Origin: a virus
Reading direction: 5' to 3' (one strand)
Length of the DNA: 64,000 nucleotides
Virus record (IMG/VR): IMGVR_UViG_3300041409_000623
Coordinates: 3,547 to 67,546 of that record
A model generated the notes under the pieces. The model was not told the origin of the DNA and did not search any database. It was given only the letters and a program-made list of their open reading frames with translations. The translations under genes and the position numbers were made by a program. Below, piece by piece: positions 28,087 through 38,467 of the stretch. Position 1 is the stretch's first letter. Each line of letters begins with the position of its first letter.

Positions 28087-29738
28087 CGTCTGCACTGCTC
28101 GACTTCCCTGCGACCCTCGAAGAGGCTGCGCTCGAACTGTCGGCGATCGAGCGCGCCATTCAACGCAAACGCTGGGCGCGCGACCCTGAACTGTGGGCGT
28201 CAGAGCGTCTCGGCGACGTGCTCTGGTCCGGACAGAAGCGCATCCTTCGCGCGGTGCGCGATCATCGCAAGACGGTCGGCGTGACGTGCCACGAGATCGG
28301 CAAGAGCTACGACGCAGGCATCCTCGCCGCGTGGTGGATCGACACGCACAAGATCGGCGAGGCGTTCGTCATCACGACCGCGCCGACCAACCCACAAGTC
28401 AAAGTCATACTCTGGAAAGAGATCGGTCGCGCGCACTCGCGCGGTAACTTGCGCGGACGCATCAACACGACCGGCTGCGAGTGGAAGATGCGAGTCGTCG
28501 ATCCCGTCAGCGGCATCTCGAAAGAGGAGATCGTCGCGATGGGCCGCAAGCCGAACGACTATTCGCCGACCGCGTTCCAGGGCATCCACGCGCCGTTCGT
28601 GCTCATCATCGTAGACGAAGGCAACGGCGTGCGCGGTCCGCTCTGGGACGCGCTCGATTCGCTGATGGCGAACGATGGGTCGAAGCTGCTCATCATCGGC
28701 AACGGCGACGACCCGAGCGGCGAGATGTTCGAGGCGTGCAAGCCTGGCAGCGGGTTCGCGGTCGTCACCCTTTCGGCGTTCGAGTCGCCGAACTTCACCG
28801 GCGAAGACCTGCCTGCCGACATCAAGCGTCAACTGATCGGACCGCGCTACGTCGAAGAGCGACGCGCGAAGTGGGCGCGCACGTGGCACTGGGTGAACGC
28901 CGACGGCGTGCGCGTCGAGCCGGAACTTCTTGGGCAGCTCGCACCGCACGACGGCGTGCGCGTCGTGCCGCCTGCGGACGGGAAGCTCGAAGACACGCAC
29001 CCGTTCTGGCAGAGCAAGGTGCTCGGGCAGTTCCCGGTGCAGAGCGCGGCAGGCTCGCTCATTCCGCTGTCGTGGATACGTGCTGCGCAGGAACGCACGC
29101 TGGAGCCTATCGGCCTTGATGAACTCGGCCTCGACGTCGGCGCCTCGGAAGACGGCGACCCGTCGTGCCTCGGGCGCAGGCGCGGACCAGTGTTTCGCGT
29201 GCTCTGGGAGCAACGCGAGCCGGACACGATGAAGACGACCGGACGCCTGCTGCAGGCGCTGCGCGAGACGGGTGCCGAGCGCGCGAAGGTCGACTACATC
29301 GGCGTGGGGCGTGGAGTGGTAGACCGATGCCGCGAGCAGAAGGAGCCGGTCTTCCCGATCAGCGTCGGCGAGAGCTGCACGCGCACGGCGTGCAAGAAGT
29401 GCCACTACGAGTGGGAAGACTTGACGCGCGTCGCGAAGGAGTGCCCGAAGTGTCGCGGCACGTTCGTCATGAAGGTGTTCGCGAACCTCTTGTCGCAGCT
29501 CTGGTGGGACGTGCGCGTGAATCAATTCGAGAAGGAAGCGATCGACCTCGATGCGGCCGACGAAGACCTCGCCGAGGAACTTGTCTCACTATCGTGGGCG
29601 CCGAACTCAAAGGGACAGATCAAGGTGGAGTACGGCGACGGTCCATCGCCGAATCGCGCCGACAGTTTGTTGATGTCGTTCGCGCCAGTCATCGAGGTGC
29701 CTGCCGCCAAGTACGTTCCGAGCTTCGTGACATGGTGA
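28083..29738 (+). CDS. terL: terminase large subunit
   Basis: HEIGKS Walker A, IIVDEG Walker B, LGLDVG nuclease Asp, SPNRADSL; open frame extends back to CTG 28083. Confidence 0.92.
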   Translation: MTSALLDFPATLEEAALELSAIERAIQRKRWARDPELWASERLGDVLWSGQKRILRAVRDHRKTVGVTCHEIGKSYDAGILAAWWIDTHKIGEAFVITTAPTNPQVKVILWKEIGRAHSRGNLRGRINTTGCEWKMRVVDPVSGISKEEIVAMGRKPNDYSPTAFQGIHAPFVLIIVDEGNGVRGPLWDALDSLMANDGSKLLIIGNGDDPSGEMFEACKPGSGFAVVTLSAFESPNFTGEDLPADIKRQLIGPRYVEERRAKWARTWHWVNADGVRVEPELLGQLAPHDGVRVVPPADGKLEDTHPFWQSKVLGQFPVQSAAGSLIPLSWIRAAQERTLEPIGLDELGLDVGASEDGDPSCLGRRRGPVFRVLWEQREPDTMKTTGRLLQALRETGAERAKVDYIGVGRGVVDRCREQKEPVFPISVGESCTRTACKKCHYEWEDLTRVAKECPKCRGTFVMKVFANLLSQLWWDVRVNQFEKEAIDLDAADEDLAEELVSLSWAPNSKGQIKVEYGDGPSPNRADSLLMSFAPVIEVPAAKYVPSFVTW

Positions 29739-30235
29739 ACGTAACTCCGCTCTCGATCTTCATGGTTGCGTTCGCGACCTACTCGGCGTTGTCGTTGTTC
29801 GCCGTGAACGTCGACCCGATGACGTTTGCCGCAGCAGCGGTGATGATCATCAGCGGCATCGGTGCGGTAATCGTCTCGGTGATCAACGCGTTCTTCGCGG
29901 CGCGCGATCGCTCGGATGCGAAGGTCGAGCGCCAACTGATCCTCCAGAGGAGCGAGACGGCTGCGACGAACTCGGAAGACGTGGCGAAGCGAGCCGTCGA
30001 ACTGCACTCGAAGGTCGAGTCAATCAAGCAGACGACCGAGAAGGCTGCGAAGGACGTCGACGGGAACTTGACGGCTGTGCGCGAGGAGCTGCACAAGGCG
30101 CTGGAGTTGAATCAAGCGCTTAATCAGACTGTCGCAACGTTGACCGAGATCGTTAAGACGCAGCGATCGCAGAGCAGGTCGACCGACGCGAAACGTTCGG
30201 ACGATGTAGTTGAACCGAAATCTGAAACGAAATGA
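29732..30235 (+). CDS. membrane protein with coiled-coil C-terminus (holin-like?)
   Basis: two N-terminal hydrophobic segments. Confidence 0.55.
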   Translation: MVNVTPLSIFMVAFATYSALSLFAVNVDPMTFAAAAVMIISGIGAVIVSVINAFFAARDRSDAKVERQLILQRSETAATNSEDVAKRAVELHSKVESIKQTTEKAAKDVDGNLTAVREELHKALELNQALNQTVATLTEIVKTQRSQSRSTDAKRSDDVVEPKSETK

Positions 30236-31926
30236 TCGAAGGTCTGCCCGAAGAACTTCGTGCGCTCGGCGCTGCGCTGCCTCCTGCGCTGCGCCTCGCG
30301 ACCGAATCGGTCGTGCTGCAGCGCTACCAGCTCGCGCGGCAGATGGGCATGACCTACAACGGGGAACGCGACAACTATCGCATCCTCGGGTACGACTCGG
30401 TCATCTCGTCGCAGCAGTATCGCGAACTCTTTCGACGCGGCGGCATCGCGAAGCGCGTTGTGACTGCACTGCCAACGGCGGTCTGGCGCGGCGACGGCGA
30501 GATGTTCGAGGACGAGAATCCCGAGGTGCGCACGCCGTGGGAAGGTGAGTTCTTCGAGCTGAACGACCGCCTCGGACTGTGGTCGAAGTTCAAGCGCGCA
30601 CACATCCTCGCGTCGCTCGGCAGCTTCTCGGTCCTGCTGCTCGGCGCAGCGGGCGAGTTCTCGACGCCTCTGCCGCGCGGCACGTCGACGAAAGACATAT
30701 GGTACGTGCAGCCGTTCGCGGGAGGCGCTATCAACGACGAGCGCGGCGTGAACGGTACGTCGTCGCAGCAGGTGACGTCGATGTTCGGCGCCGATGCGAC
30801 GGTCGCCTCGTGGGTCGAAGACAACAAAGATCCGCGCTTCGGGCAGCCGTACACCTATAACCTGCGCCGCACGAACGTCGTCGCGCCGGAACTGTCGCGC
30901 CCGGTGCACTGGTCGCGCGTCGTGCACGTGCCGTCTGAAGGGTTCCTCGACGATGCGATCTTCGGTCCTCCGACGCTGGAAGCGGTGTGGAACTACTTCT
31001 GCGACCTGATGAAGATCGTCGGAGGCGGCGGCGAGGCGTCGTGGTTGAACATGCACCCTGGCATGCACCTCGACATCGACAAGGATATGTCGTTCCCAGG
31101 GACGACGCCTGCGGAGATCGACGCCAGCGCGAAGGCGCAGATCGACGCGATGAAGGTGCAAGCAGACCTCTATCGGCATCAGCTCTCGCGATGGCTGCAG
31201 ACGCGCGGCGTGAAGGTCACGCAGCTCACGTCGAGCCCGACGGACTTCGGCAACAACGCGGACACCATCCTTAAGCTCATCGCGGGCACGTCGAACATTC
31301 CGCTGCGCATCTTGACCGGCAGCGAGCTTGGCGAATTGGCGTCGACGCAGGACCGCGACAACTGGAACGACACGGTGCGCGACTGTCGCACCGGCTACGC
31401 GCATCCGACGCTGCTGCGACCGTTCTTCGGCAGGCTGATCGACAACGGCTACATGACGAAGCCGAAGCAGTGGATGCCGAAGTGGCCGGACGTCGGGACG
31501 TTGACGCAGACCGAAAAGGCCGAAGGCGCGTCGAAGTGGATGCAGATCAACAAAGACGCAGGCGTCACGGTCTTCACCGAGAACGAGACGCGCGAATACT
31601 GGTACGGCATGGGTCCTTTGAAGCCCGAAGACCAGCGCGCGTGGGACCGCGTGCGCAACGCCGACCAACTCTCGATCAACGAGAAGCGTCTTGCGGTCGG
31701 CGCTCCGGCGTACGACGGCGACCCGGCGGTCGATCCGCAGGCCGACGTGCCGTTCGGCCTGCTGCCGCGCGAGACGCTGCGCATGACCGACGCGGCCGTT
31801 CCGCCGAACGCGCCTGGACCTCCGGGCGTGCCGCCGAAGCTCACGGCTGCCGAGCAGAAGATGATCGACAAACTGGAGACGTCGCTGAAGGACGGCGGCG
31901 TCGTCAACATCGTGGTGAGGAAATGA
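30232..31926 (+). CDS. portal protein (DUF1073-like)
   Basis: position; RRGGIAKRVV, VHWSRVVH, IPLRILTGSELGELASTQDRDNW. Confidence 0.85.
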   Translation: MIEGLPEELRALGAALPPALRLATESVVLQRYQLARQMGMTYNGERDNYRILGYDSVISSQQYRELFRRGGIAKRVVTALPTAVWRGDGEMFEDENPEVRTPWEGEFFELNDRLGLWSKFKRAHILASLGSFSVLLLGAAGEFSTPLPRGTSTKDIWYVQPFAGGAINDERGVNGTSSQQVTSMFGADATVASWVEDNKDPRFGQPYTYNLRRTNVVAPELSRPVHWSRVVHVPSEGFLDDAIFGPPTLEAVWNYFCDLMKIVGGGGEASWLNMHPGMHLDIDKDMSFPGTTPAEIDASAKAQIDAMKVQADLYRHQLSRWLQTRGVKVTQLTSSPTDFGNNADTILKLIAGTSNIPLRILTGSELGELASTQDRDNWNDTVRDCRTGYAHPTLLRPFFGRLIDNGYMTKPKQWMPKWPDVGTLTQTEKAEGASKWMQINKDAGVTVFTENETREYWYGMGPLKPEDQRAWDRVRNADQLSINEKRLAVGAPAYDGDPAVDPQADVPFGLLPRETLRMTDAAVPPNAPGPPGVPPKLTAAEQKMIDKLETSLKDGGVVNIVVRK

Positions 31927-32255
31927 GACGCGCACCCGAGACCGTCGCCGCCGTCCGCTCCAACAACTTGTTCAACGAAGGCACGCCCGACGGCGCATAC
32001 ACCGCGTTCGTCGGCATGTCGCGCTTCCACTGCATATGCCCGTGCGGCTGCAAGCAGCACATGAACCTGCCGGTCTATCTCGAAGGGCAGGAGAAGCCAG
32101 CACAGTCGGCGTGGATCTGGAACGGCGACGTCGAGAAGCCGACGTTGAATCCGAGCATCCGCGACTTGGCTCATTGCCGGTTCCACGGGTTCTTGCGCGA
32201 CGGCGTTTGGACGTTCGAAGCCGACAGTGGCGTCGTGAACGAAGCCTCCGACTGA
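31923..32255 (+). CDS. DUF6527-like metal-binding protein
   Basis: CPCGC...WIWNGDVEKPTLNPSI...CRFHGFLRDG. Confidence 0.7.
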   Translation: MRRAPETVAAVRSNNLFNEGTPDGAYTAFVGMSRFHCICPCGCKQHMNLPVYLEGQEKPAQSAWIWNGDVEKPTLNPSIRDLAHCRFHGFLRDGVWTFEADSGVVNEASD

Positions 32256-33196
32256 TGGACCTCGAACTATCTGCACGCGCGGCGGCGACCCTCGCGATTC
32301 GTCTCGCGAAGCCGAAGCTGTCGCCGCAGGCGCAGGCGGCCGAGCGGCACGAGCCGCGCGTCAAGTCGCTGCTGGTGCGCGCGGCGAAGCAAGCGCGCGA
32401 GGCGGTGCCGATGGGCGCGTTGGAGCAGGTGCTTGGTCTCGGGCATCCGGGCACCGGCGCTCCGCTCTACGTCCTGCAGCCGGTGCTGCAGGAGCTGCGC
32501 GACGCGTTGATGGGCAAGGAGTTGACGCACACGGCGCAGCACGTCACGTACATCAAGACGCTGGAGGCGCAGAAGAAGGCGCTGCCAGACGTGCTGCTCG
32601 ACACGATGCGCGCAGGCGCGAACGCGAAGCCGATACCGAAGTTCGCGATGTCGTTCGATGCGACGAATCCAGCGGCCGTCGAGTGGGCGCATGACCACGC
32701 GGCGGGACTCATCAAAGGCATCAGCGATGACGTGCAGGACGCCGTGCGACTGACGGTCGTGCAGGCGTTCGAGGAAGGCATCGCACCGCGCGACGTGGCG
32801 CGCTTGATACGTGCCGACGTCGGCCTCACCGAGCGCGACGCAGGCGCCGTCATGAAGCAGCAGCTGAAGTGGCTCGCCGACGGCGTCGCGCCAGAGAAGG
32901 CGACGGCGCGCGCCGAGCGCTACGCGAATCAGCTGCTGAACTCGCGCGCGCAGACCATCGCGCGTACCGAGACGATGCGTGCGTCGAACGAAGGCCAGCG
33001 ACAGCTTTGGGAGCAGGCGCGCGAGGCAGGATTGATCGATGCGACGACGATGCAGAAGGTCTGGATCGCGACCGACGGCGCGTGCGACGAGTGCCAGACG
33101 GTCGACGGAGAGTCGGTCGGCATGGATGAAGACTTCAGCGTCGGAAGCGATCCGCCGCTGCATCCGAACTGTCGCTGCACGATAGGGCTGGCGTGA
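32255..33196 (+). CDS. head morphogenesis protein (SPP1 gp7/MuF)
   Basis: RAQTIARTE, KVWIAT, CDEC, PPLHPNCRC. Confidence 0.9.
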   Translation: MDLELSARAAATLAIRLAKPKLSPQAQAAERHEPRVKSLLVRAAKQAREAVPMGALEQVLGLGHPGTGAPLYVLQPVLQELRDALMGKELTHTAQHVTYIKTLEAQKKALPDVLLDTMRAGANAKPIPKFAMSFDATNPAAVEWAHDHAAGLIKGISDDVQDAVRLTVVQAFEEGIAPRDVARLIRADVGLTERDAGAVMKQQLKWLADGVAPEKATARAERYANQLLNSRAQTIARTETMRASNEGQRQLWEQAREAGLIDATTMQKVWIATDGACDECQTVDGESVGMDEDFSVGSDPPLHPNCRCTIGLA

Positions 33197-33552
33197 TGCC
33201 GAAGCGCTTCTCGAAGCCGATCGTCATCGAACCGGCGCAGTCCATCGACCGGCTCGACATCACCGCGTATCACGTCGACGCCGTGAACAGGACGATCGTC
33301 TGCGACGTGACTGCGACGAACGAATCGACCGGCGCGGCCGTCGTGTTTCCTCGGCCACCTCTCGTCCTGCAGGAGCACGACGTGACGATCGCGATGAGCG
33401 AGGCGGCGACGTCGATCGCGACGGCAGCCGTGCGTGCGGCACTCGGCGACCGCACGGCGGATCAATTGAATGCGGCGATGCGTGCGCAGCCGGATGCTGC
33501 AGCGCTGCTCTATTACAACGCGACGCGCGACGCGTTGTACGCGAGGTTTTGA
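33196..33552 (+). CDS. hypothetical protein
   Basis: TGATG-coupled ORF. Confidence 0.6.
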   Translation: MPKRFSKPIVIEPAQSIDRLDITAYHVDAVNRTIVCDVTATNESTGAAVVFPRPPLVLQEHDVTIAMSEAATSIATAAVRAALGDRTADQLNAAMRAQPDAAALLYYNATRDALYARF

Positions 33553-33914
33553 TGGACCTCGTTCCTACGCCGCTCAAGTGTGTGATGCACGAGTCATTCG
33601 ACTGGGAGCTTGAGCGGCCGAAGCCTGGCGACATGTTTTGGATGTCGTTCTCGTCCGGCTTCTGCAACAACCACGAACCGCCGTGTCGAATGCATCTGGT
33701 CGTCGTGTGTCCGGACGGTCACTGGTGGAACATCGACAGCCGCGCGAGCAACTGCACGATGAAAGAAGACAAGACGCATCGTTGCTGGGTTCGACACGGC
33801 GACCCGCCGAACATCACCGTCGACAAGGACGGCGCGACGTGCAACGCAGGCGCAGGCTCGATTCAGACTCCAGGCTGGCACGGGTTCCTTCGCAACGGAG
33901 AGCTTGTCGCATGA
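33552..33914 (+). CDS. second DUF6527-like protein
   Basis: HRCWVRHGDPPNITV...SIQTPGWHGFLRNG. Confidence 0.6.
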   Translation: MDLVPTPLKCVMHESFDWELERPKPGDMFWMSFSSGFCNNHEPPCRMHLVVVCPDGHWWNIDSRASNCTMKEDKTHRCWVRHGDPPNITVDKDGATCNAGAGSIQTPGWHGFLRNGELVA

Positions 33915-35683
33915 AGAAGATCCGACACCTGCATCTCGTCGGTGCGACCGGCACCATTCGCACGGCCATCTACGACAAGCGCGAGCACATCGTCGTGCCC
34001 GTCGTCGCGATGGTCGAAGGCGTCGTCTGGGCGGTGAACAGCGACGTGCCGGAGTTCGTGCCTGCGGAGGAGTTGGCCGAGACGCCGTATCAGTGGAACG
34101 GTCGCGGATGCTTCGCGGGACATCCGGACGACGACGGGACGCAGGTCACGGCGAACACGCCGCGCACGTTGGAAAAGAGTTTCGGCCTCGTGTTCGACGC
34201 GGCACCGTCGAAACAGATCCTCACGACTCGGCGCCTGGAACTCTTCGCGTGGCTCGACCCGATGAAGGCGGACGCCGTCGGAACGGAAGCGGCCGACGTC
34301 ATTCGGCGTCTGCGCGCAGGCGAGACCGTCGAAGTTAGCGTCGGCTGCTACGTGGACGTGGAGCAAAAGGACGGCACGTTCGAGGGCAAGGAGTATCACA
34401 GCATCTGGCGCAGCATCGTGAGCGACCACCTCGCGTTCCTCGCCGTCGACGAGACGGGCGCGTGCAGCGTCGCGGCAGGCTGCGGTGCAGGGCGCAAGGC
34501 TATCAGACATTTGGTCGCGCGAGCGGGAGACATCGTCAGTTTGCAGGTGCTTGGTCGCGACGGCAAACCGCTCGGACCGAAAGTGCCCGTGGAGGTGCCT
34601 GTGGCAGAACCGAAAAAGCTGAAGGACCGAGTCAAAGCGTTCCTCAAGACGCTGCAGGACGACCCGGCGGAAGTCGCCGAAGAGACTGCCGAGTTGGTCG
34701 GCTACAACACGATGTCGTCGCTGCTGAATCAAGCGGTCGTGGCGCTCGGCGACGCCAACAAGACCGTTGCCGCGCTGCTGCTCGACGAGAACGCCGAGTC
34801 GACCGGCGACGAGGAAGCCGAAGAGAGCGTCGAAGATGCACGACTCGATGCGCTCCGCACTCAGTGCATGACCGTCTATTCGCTGCTCGGCGGCATCATG
34901 GAGATGTGCTGGACGATGCAGCAGGACGAAGAAGACGACGTGCAGTCGGTCTACGTTGTCAACGCGGCAAAGCGCGTGGCAGCAGACGCGAAGACGAAGG
35001 TCGAACCGGCGGCGCTGTTGACGAGAATCAACAAGCAGTTCAAGGCGATGGGCGTAACGACCTGCTCCTGTGGTGGGCAGGCTCGCGGGAACTCCACCCA
35101 CTCACAAGGAGATGACAACATGGTCGACAAGGCACGCATCAAGGCGCTGATGGAAAATGTCCACAATCCGTTGAAAGACCAGAAGGCGCTCGAAGCCGCT
35201 GGCGAAGACGCGATCAAGGCGCTGGAGGCGCACTGCAAGACGCTGCAGGACGCGGCCGACAAGCTCGCGGCTGACGCGGCTGCCGCGAAGAAGATTGCCG
35301 ACGACGAGGCAGCGGCCAAGCTCGCGGCGGCTGCTGCGAAGCCCGCGACGACGATGACCGAAGAGGAAGCGCTGAAGATGTTCCCGCGCATCGCGTCCGT
35401 CGTGAACCTGCACCAGGCGCGCGAGGCGGCCGAGAAGGACGTGCTCGTCGCGTCGCTCAAGACGTGCGGCGTGAAGACCGAGGCGGAACTCAAGGCGATG
35501 CCGCTCGACGAGCTGAAGACGATGGCCGCGTTCGCGAAGGTCGCGCAGCCTGCGGTGGACTTCAGCGGCATGGGCGTGGCGCGTCCGCCGGTCGCCGGGG
35601 ACACCGAGGACCTGACGCCTCCGAGCACCTATGCGGCGGGTCTCAAGGCGATGCGCGAGAAGAAGGAAACCGTCGTCGCCTGA
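33911..35683 (+). CDS. prohead protease (DUF2213-like) fused to scaffold
   Basis: VPVVAMVEGV, GHP, EVSVG, DHLAFL...GACS; acidic and Ala/Lys helical C-terminus. Confidence 0.8.
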   Translation: MKKIRHLHLVGATGTIRTAIYDKREHIVVPVVAMVEGVVWAVNSDVPEFVPAEELAETPYQWNGRGCFAGHPDDDGTQVTANTPRTLEKSFGLVFDAAPSKQILTTRRLELFAWLDPMKADAVGTEAADVIRRLRAGETVEVSVGCYVDVEQKDGTFEGKEYHSIWRSIVSDHLAFLAVDETGACSVAAGCGAGRKAIRHLVARAGDIVSLQVLGRDGKPLGPKVPVEVPVAEPKKLKDRVKAFLKTLQDDPAEVAEETAELVGYNTMSSLLNQAVVALGDANKTVAALLLDENAESTGDEEAEESVEDARLDALRTQCMTVYSLLGGIMEMCWTMQQDEEDDVQSVYVVNAAKRVAADAKTKVEPAALLTRINKQFKAMGVTTCSCGGQARGNSTHSQGDDNMVDKARIKALMENVHNPLKDQKALEAAGEDAIKALEAHCKTLQDAADKLAADAAAAKKIADDEAAAKLAAAAAKPATTMTEEEALKMFPRIASVVNLHQAREAAEKDVLVASLKTCGVKTEAELKAMPLDELKTMAAFAKVAQPAVDFSGMGVARPPVAGDTEDLTPPSTYAAGLKAMREKKETVVA

Positions 35684-35754
35684 TCGGCGTCTTTCAAGTC
35701 CATAGTTGGCGCGTTTCGTGGGGAAGCGCGGGCAGAACAAAGGAGAGGTGAACC

Positions 35755-36195
35755 ATGTCCGTAGCACTGAACGCGCCGAACACGATCTTCCTCGGCGGCG
35801 AGCGTACGCAGATCAACGACCGAACGGCGAGTGAGGCGATCAAGCCTGGTCATCTCGTCGAGCTGTTCAACGCGGCAGGCGTCATGCGCTTTCGCAAGCA
35901 CGCCACCGCTGGCGGCAACACCGGCAGGCTCGTCGCCACCGAAATGGCGATGATGAACAAAGGCGTCGATGACGCCTACGCGCTGTCGGACCTCGTCGAG
36001 GTCAGCGCCGGTCGCGGCGGCACGACGTTCTGGATGCGCATCGCGAGCGGCCAGAACATCGTCGCCGGACAGAAGTTGGAGAGCGCTGGCGACGGCACGC
36101 TGCGCGCCATCGCATCGGGCACTGCACTGTTCTCCGCGCTGGAGAACAAGGCGAACGTCACCGTCGAGACCATGCTCCGCGTCGAGGTCGTGTAG
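35755..36195 (+). CDS. putative head decoration protein
   Basis: position before MCP; AIKPGHLVE, LESAGDGTLR. Confidence 0.65.
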   Translation: MSVALNAPNTIFLGGERTQINDRTASEAIKPGHLVELFNAAGVMRFRKHATAGGNTGRLVATEMAMMNKGVDDAYALSDLVEVSAGRGGTTFWMRIASGQNIVAGQKLESAGDGTLRAIASGTALFSALENKANVTVETMLRVEVV

Positions 36196-36253
36196 TCGGA
36201 AGTCGAACGTCAACACGTAATTTTGAGACGCTTCGGCGTCCGGAGGAGCAACA

Positions 36254-37369
36254 ATGGAAACGCGGTTCATGGTCGGCAAGTCCGACACCATCGAGAGCAA
36301 GAGCCCGCTCGGCGACTTGGTCGTTCGCGCGCTGGAGGAGAGCGGACGGTGGGACGCTCGCGCGCTGCGCTCGCCTGGCTTCCGCAAAATGAAGCAAATC
36401 GAAGACATGGAGCGCTCGCAGTTCCGCGCGAACGCGCCGTTCCCCGAGCGCTCGCAGCTCCTGCTCGACCGCGCGGTGGTCGAGGTCGGACTGCAGCGGC
36501 TCACGTTCGTCGCCGACGTTCTCGCGGCAGGGTTGACGTTCAACCTGACTGATCCGCTCAGCGTCACGCAGTTGGCGTGGAACGCGATCAACAAGGTCGC
36601 GAACGCGCAGCGCTCGATGACGCCTTCGGCGCGCACCGAGAACTTCATGCCGACGCTGCTCGAAAGCAGGCTGCCGATCTACCTGACGCTCAGCGGCTTC
36701 GAGCTGGACATCAGGACGCTGCGCGAGTCGCAGCGCATCGGCATTCCGCTCGACACCGCAGGCATCAAGTCGTCGACGCGCGCCGTCAACGAGAACATCG
36801 AAGACGCAGCGCTCAACGGAGCGCAGACGGTCGATGGGCAGGAGCTGAAGATCGCCGGATACAACGCGCCGGGTTTGCTCAACGCACCGAACGCCGAGAC
36901 GCAGGTCTTGACGGCGGCTGCGTGGTCGACGGCACCGGTCGGCTCGACGGTCTTCGCGCAGATCCAGGCGATGATCGCGAAGCTGGTCGCGAACAAGAAG
37001 TTCGGACCGTACCGGCTTTACACGAGCACGTCGGTGAGCGCGGCGCTCGACACCGACTACAACGCGGTGAACAACGCGCAAGGTCTCACGATCCGCAACC
37101 GGCTGCTCATGCTGCAGGGTCTCGAAGGCATCCGCTCGGCGGACTTGATGCCGGACGGCGACGCAGCGACGCACGTCGGCGCGAAGGTCGCGCTCGTGCA
37201 GATGACGAACGACGTCATCGACATGGTCGTTGGGCAGGAGCCGACGGTCATTCCGTGGACCAGCGCGGATGGCTTCACGTTCCACAACCTCGTGATGGCC
37301 ATCATGATTCCGCGCGTTCGTTCGGACTACAACGGCGACAGCGGCATCTGCATCGGCACGCTGCAGTAA
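36254..37369 (+). CDS. major capsid protein (HK97 fold, encapsulin/linocin-like)
   Basis: strong GGAGG RBS; PLDT, PGLLNAPN, FGPYRLY, VMAIMIPRVRSD; synteny. Confidence 0.85.
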   Translation: METRFMVGKSDTIESKSPLGDLVVRALEESGRWDARALRSPGFRKMKQIEDMERSQFRANAPFPERSQLLLDRAVVEVGLQRLTFVADVLAAGLTFNLTDPLSVTQLAWNAINKVANAQRSMTPSARTENFMPTLLESRLPIYLTLSGFELDIRTLRESQRIGIPLDTAGIKSSTRAVNENIEDAALNGAQTVDGQELKIAGYNAPGLLNAPNAETQVLTAAAWSTAPVGSTVFAQIQAMIAKLVANKKFGPYRLYTSTSVSAALDTDYNAVNNAQGLTIRNRLLMLQGLEGIRSADLMPDGDAATHVGAKVALVQMTNDVIDMVVGQEPTVIPWTSADGFTFHNLVMAIMIPRVRSDYNGDSGICIGTLQ

Positions 37370-37427
37370 GGCGACGCTGCAGTAAAGATACCGGCGCAAT
37401 GGGGCGCTGGTTGAACAGGAGGAAGCG

Positions 37428-38024
37428 ATGGGCGAAAAAGATCCACGCACGCGAAGCGACGACGCGAAGAGCATTCCGAACCCGCCCGACAACAGCAATC
37501 CGCGTCCTGCGCCCGGCGGCGTCGGCACGGACACGGCGAGAGATCCGGCGAACGACAGCGCGGCGCAGCCTGGGAAGCAGCCGAATCCGCTTCCGAATCA
37601 GCCGGGACGCTGATGAACGACAAGGACGCGATGAAGCTCGATCCACTTCGTCGCGTCTTCGTATACAACGATCGACGGTTTCACACGCACGACGGCGTCT
37701 ATTACCAGCGCGGTGATAGCGGCGACACGATCCGTCGGCAGCTTCCGAAGGTGCGCGGCAAGTCCGCGCGTCGTGCGGACAAGAGGTTGCGACATGCCGC
37801 TCGCCGGGAGCAGTGAAGGTCAGCGCCTCGTTCGACAAAACGAGGCGTTGATGATCCTGCAGAGGTTGCCGATCGGCGACGCGATAGGCGCGGCGTGCTC
37901 GTTTCTTTTGCACTGCGCCTACAACCATCGCGTCGAGTTTCGTCGCGTCATGAACGAGAAGGTCATCCGCGAAGGCTTCAGCGGCGTCTCGCTGCTTGAA
38001 GTGTTCAAGCGCGTGAGTCAGTAA
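37428..38024 (+). other. three small CDSs (37428-37613 Pro/Asn-rich, 37613-37816, 37794-38024)
   Basis: RBS and coupled starts. Confidence 0.55.
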
Positions 38025-38035
38025 AGGAGCTTTCA

Positions 38036-38464
38036 ATGGCGAAGAGCACGGCTTACGCGAACTCGCTGCTGCTGCTGATTTTCAACGCGACGCTGTTCGC
38101 GAACGTCGCGGTCAACGCGACTTCGTCTCCCATCACGAACATCTACGTCGCCCTGCACACGGCGGACCCAGGCACGGCAGGCGACCAGACGACGAGCGAG
38201 GCGGCCTACACGAGCTATGCGCGCGTGGCCGTCGTGCGGACGTCGAGCGGCTGGACGGTCACGAACAACACCGTCGTCCCGGTCGCGGCGATCACGTTTC
38301 CTGCAGGCACCGGCGGCTCGGGCACCGCGACGCATTGCTCGTACGGCACGCTGACGTCTGGCGCTGGCGTGCGCCTCGTCTCGGGAACGGTGACGCCGAA
38401 CATCACGATGGGCAACGGCGTGACGCCGAGTCTGTCGACGGCCACGACGCTGACGGAGACCTAA
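38036..38464 (+). CDS. virion structural protein (fiber/decoration-like)
   Basis: YVALHTADPG...EAAYTSYARVAV...ITFP motif common in phage structural proteins. Confidence 0.65.
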   Translation: MAKSTAYANSLLLLIFNATLFANVAVNATSSPITNIYVALHTADPGTAGDQTTSEAAYTSYARVAVVRTSSGWTVTNNTVVPVAAITFPAGTGGSGTATHCSYGTLTSGAGVRLVSGTVTPNITMGNGVTPSLSTATTLTET

Positions 38465-38467
38465 GAT

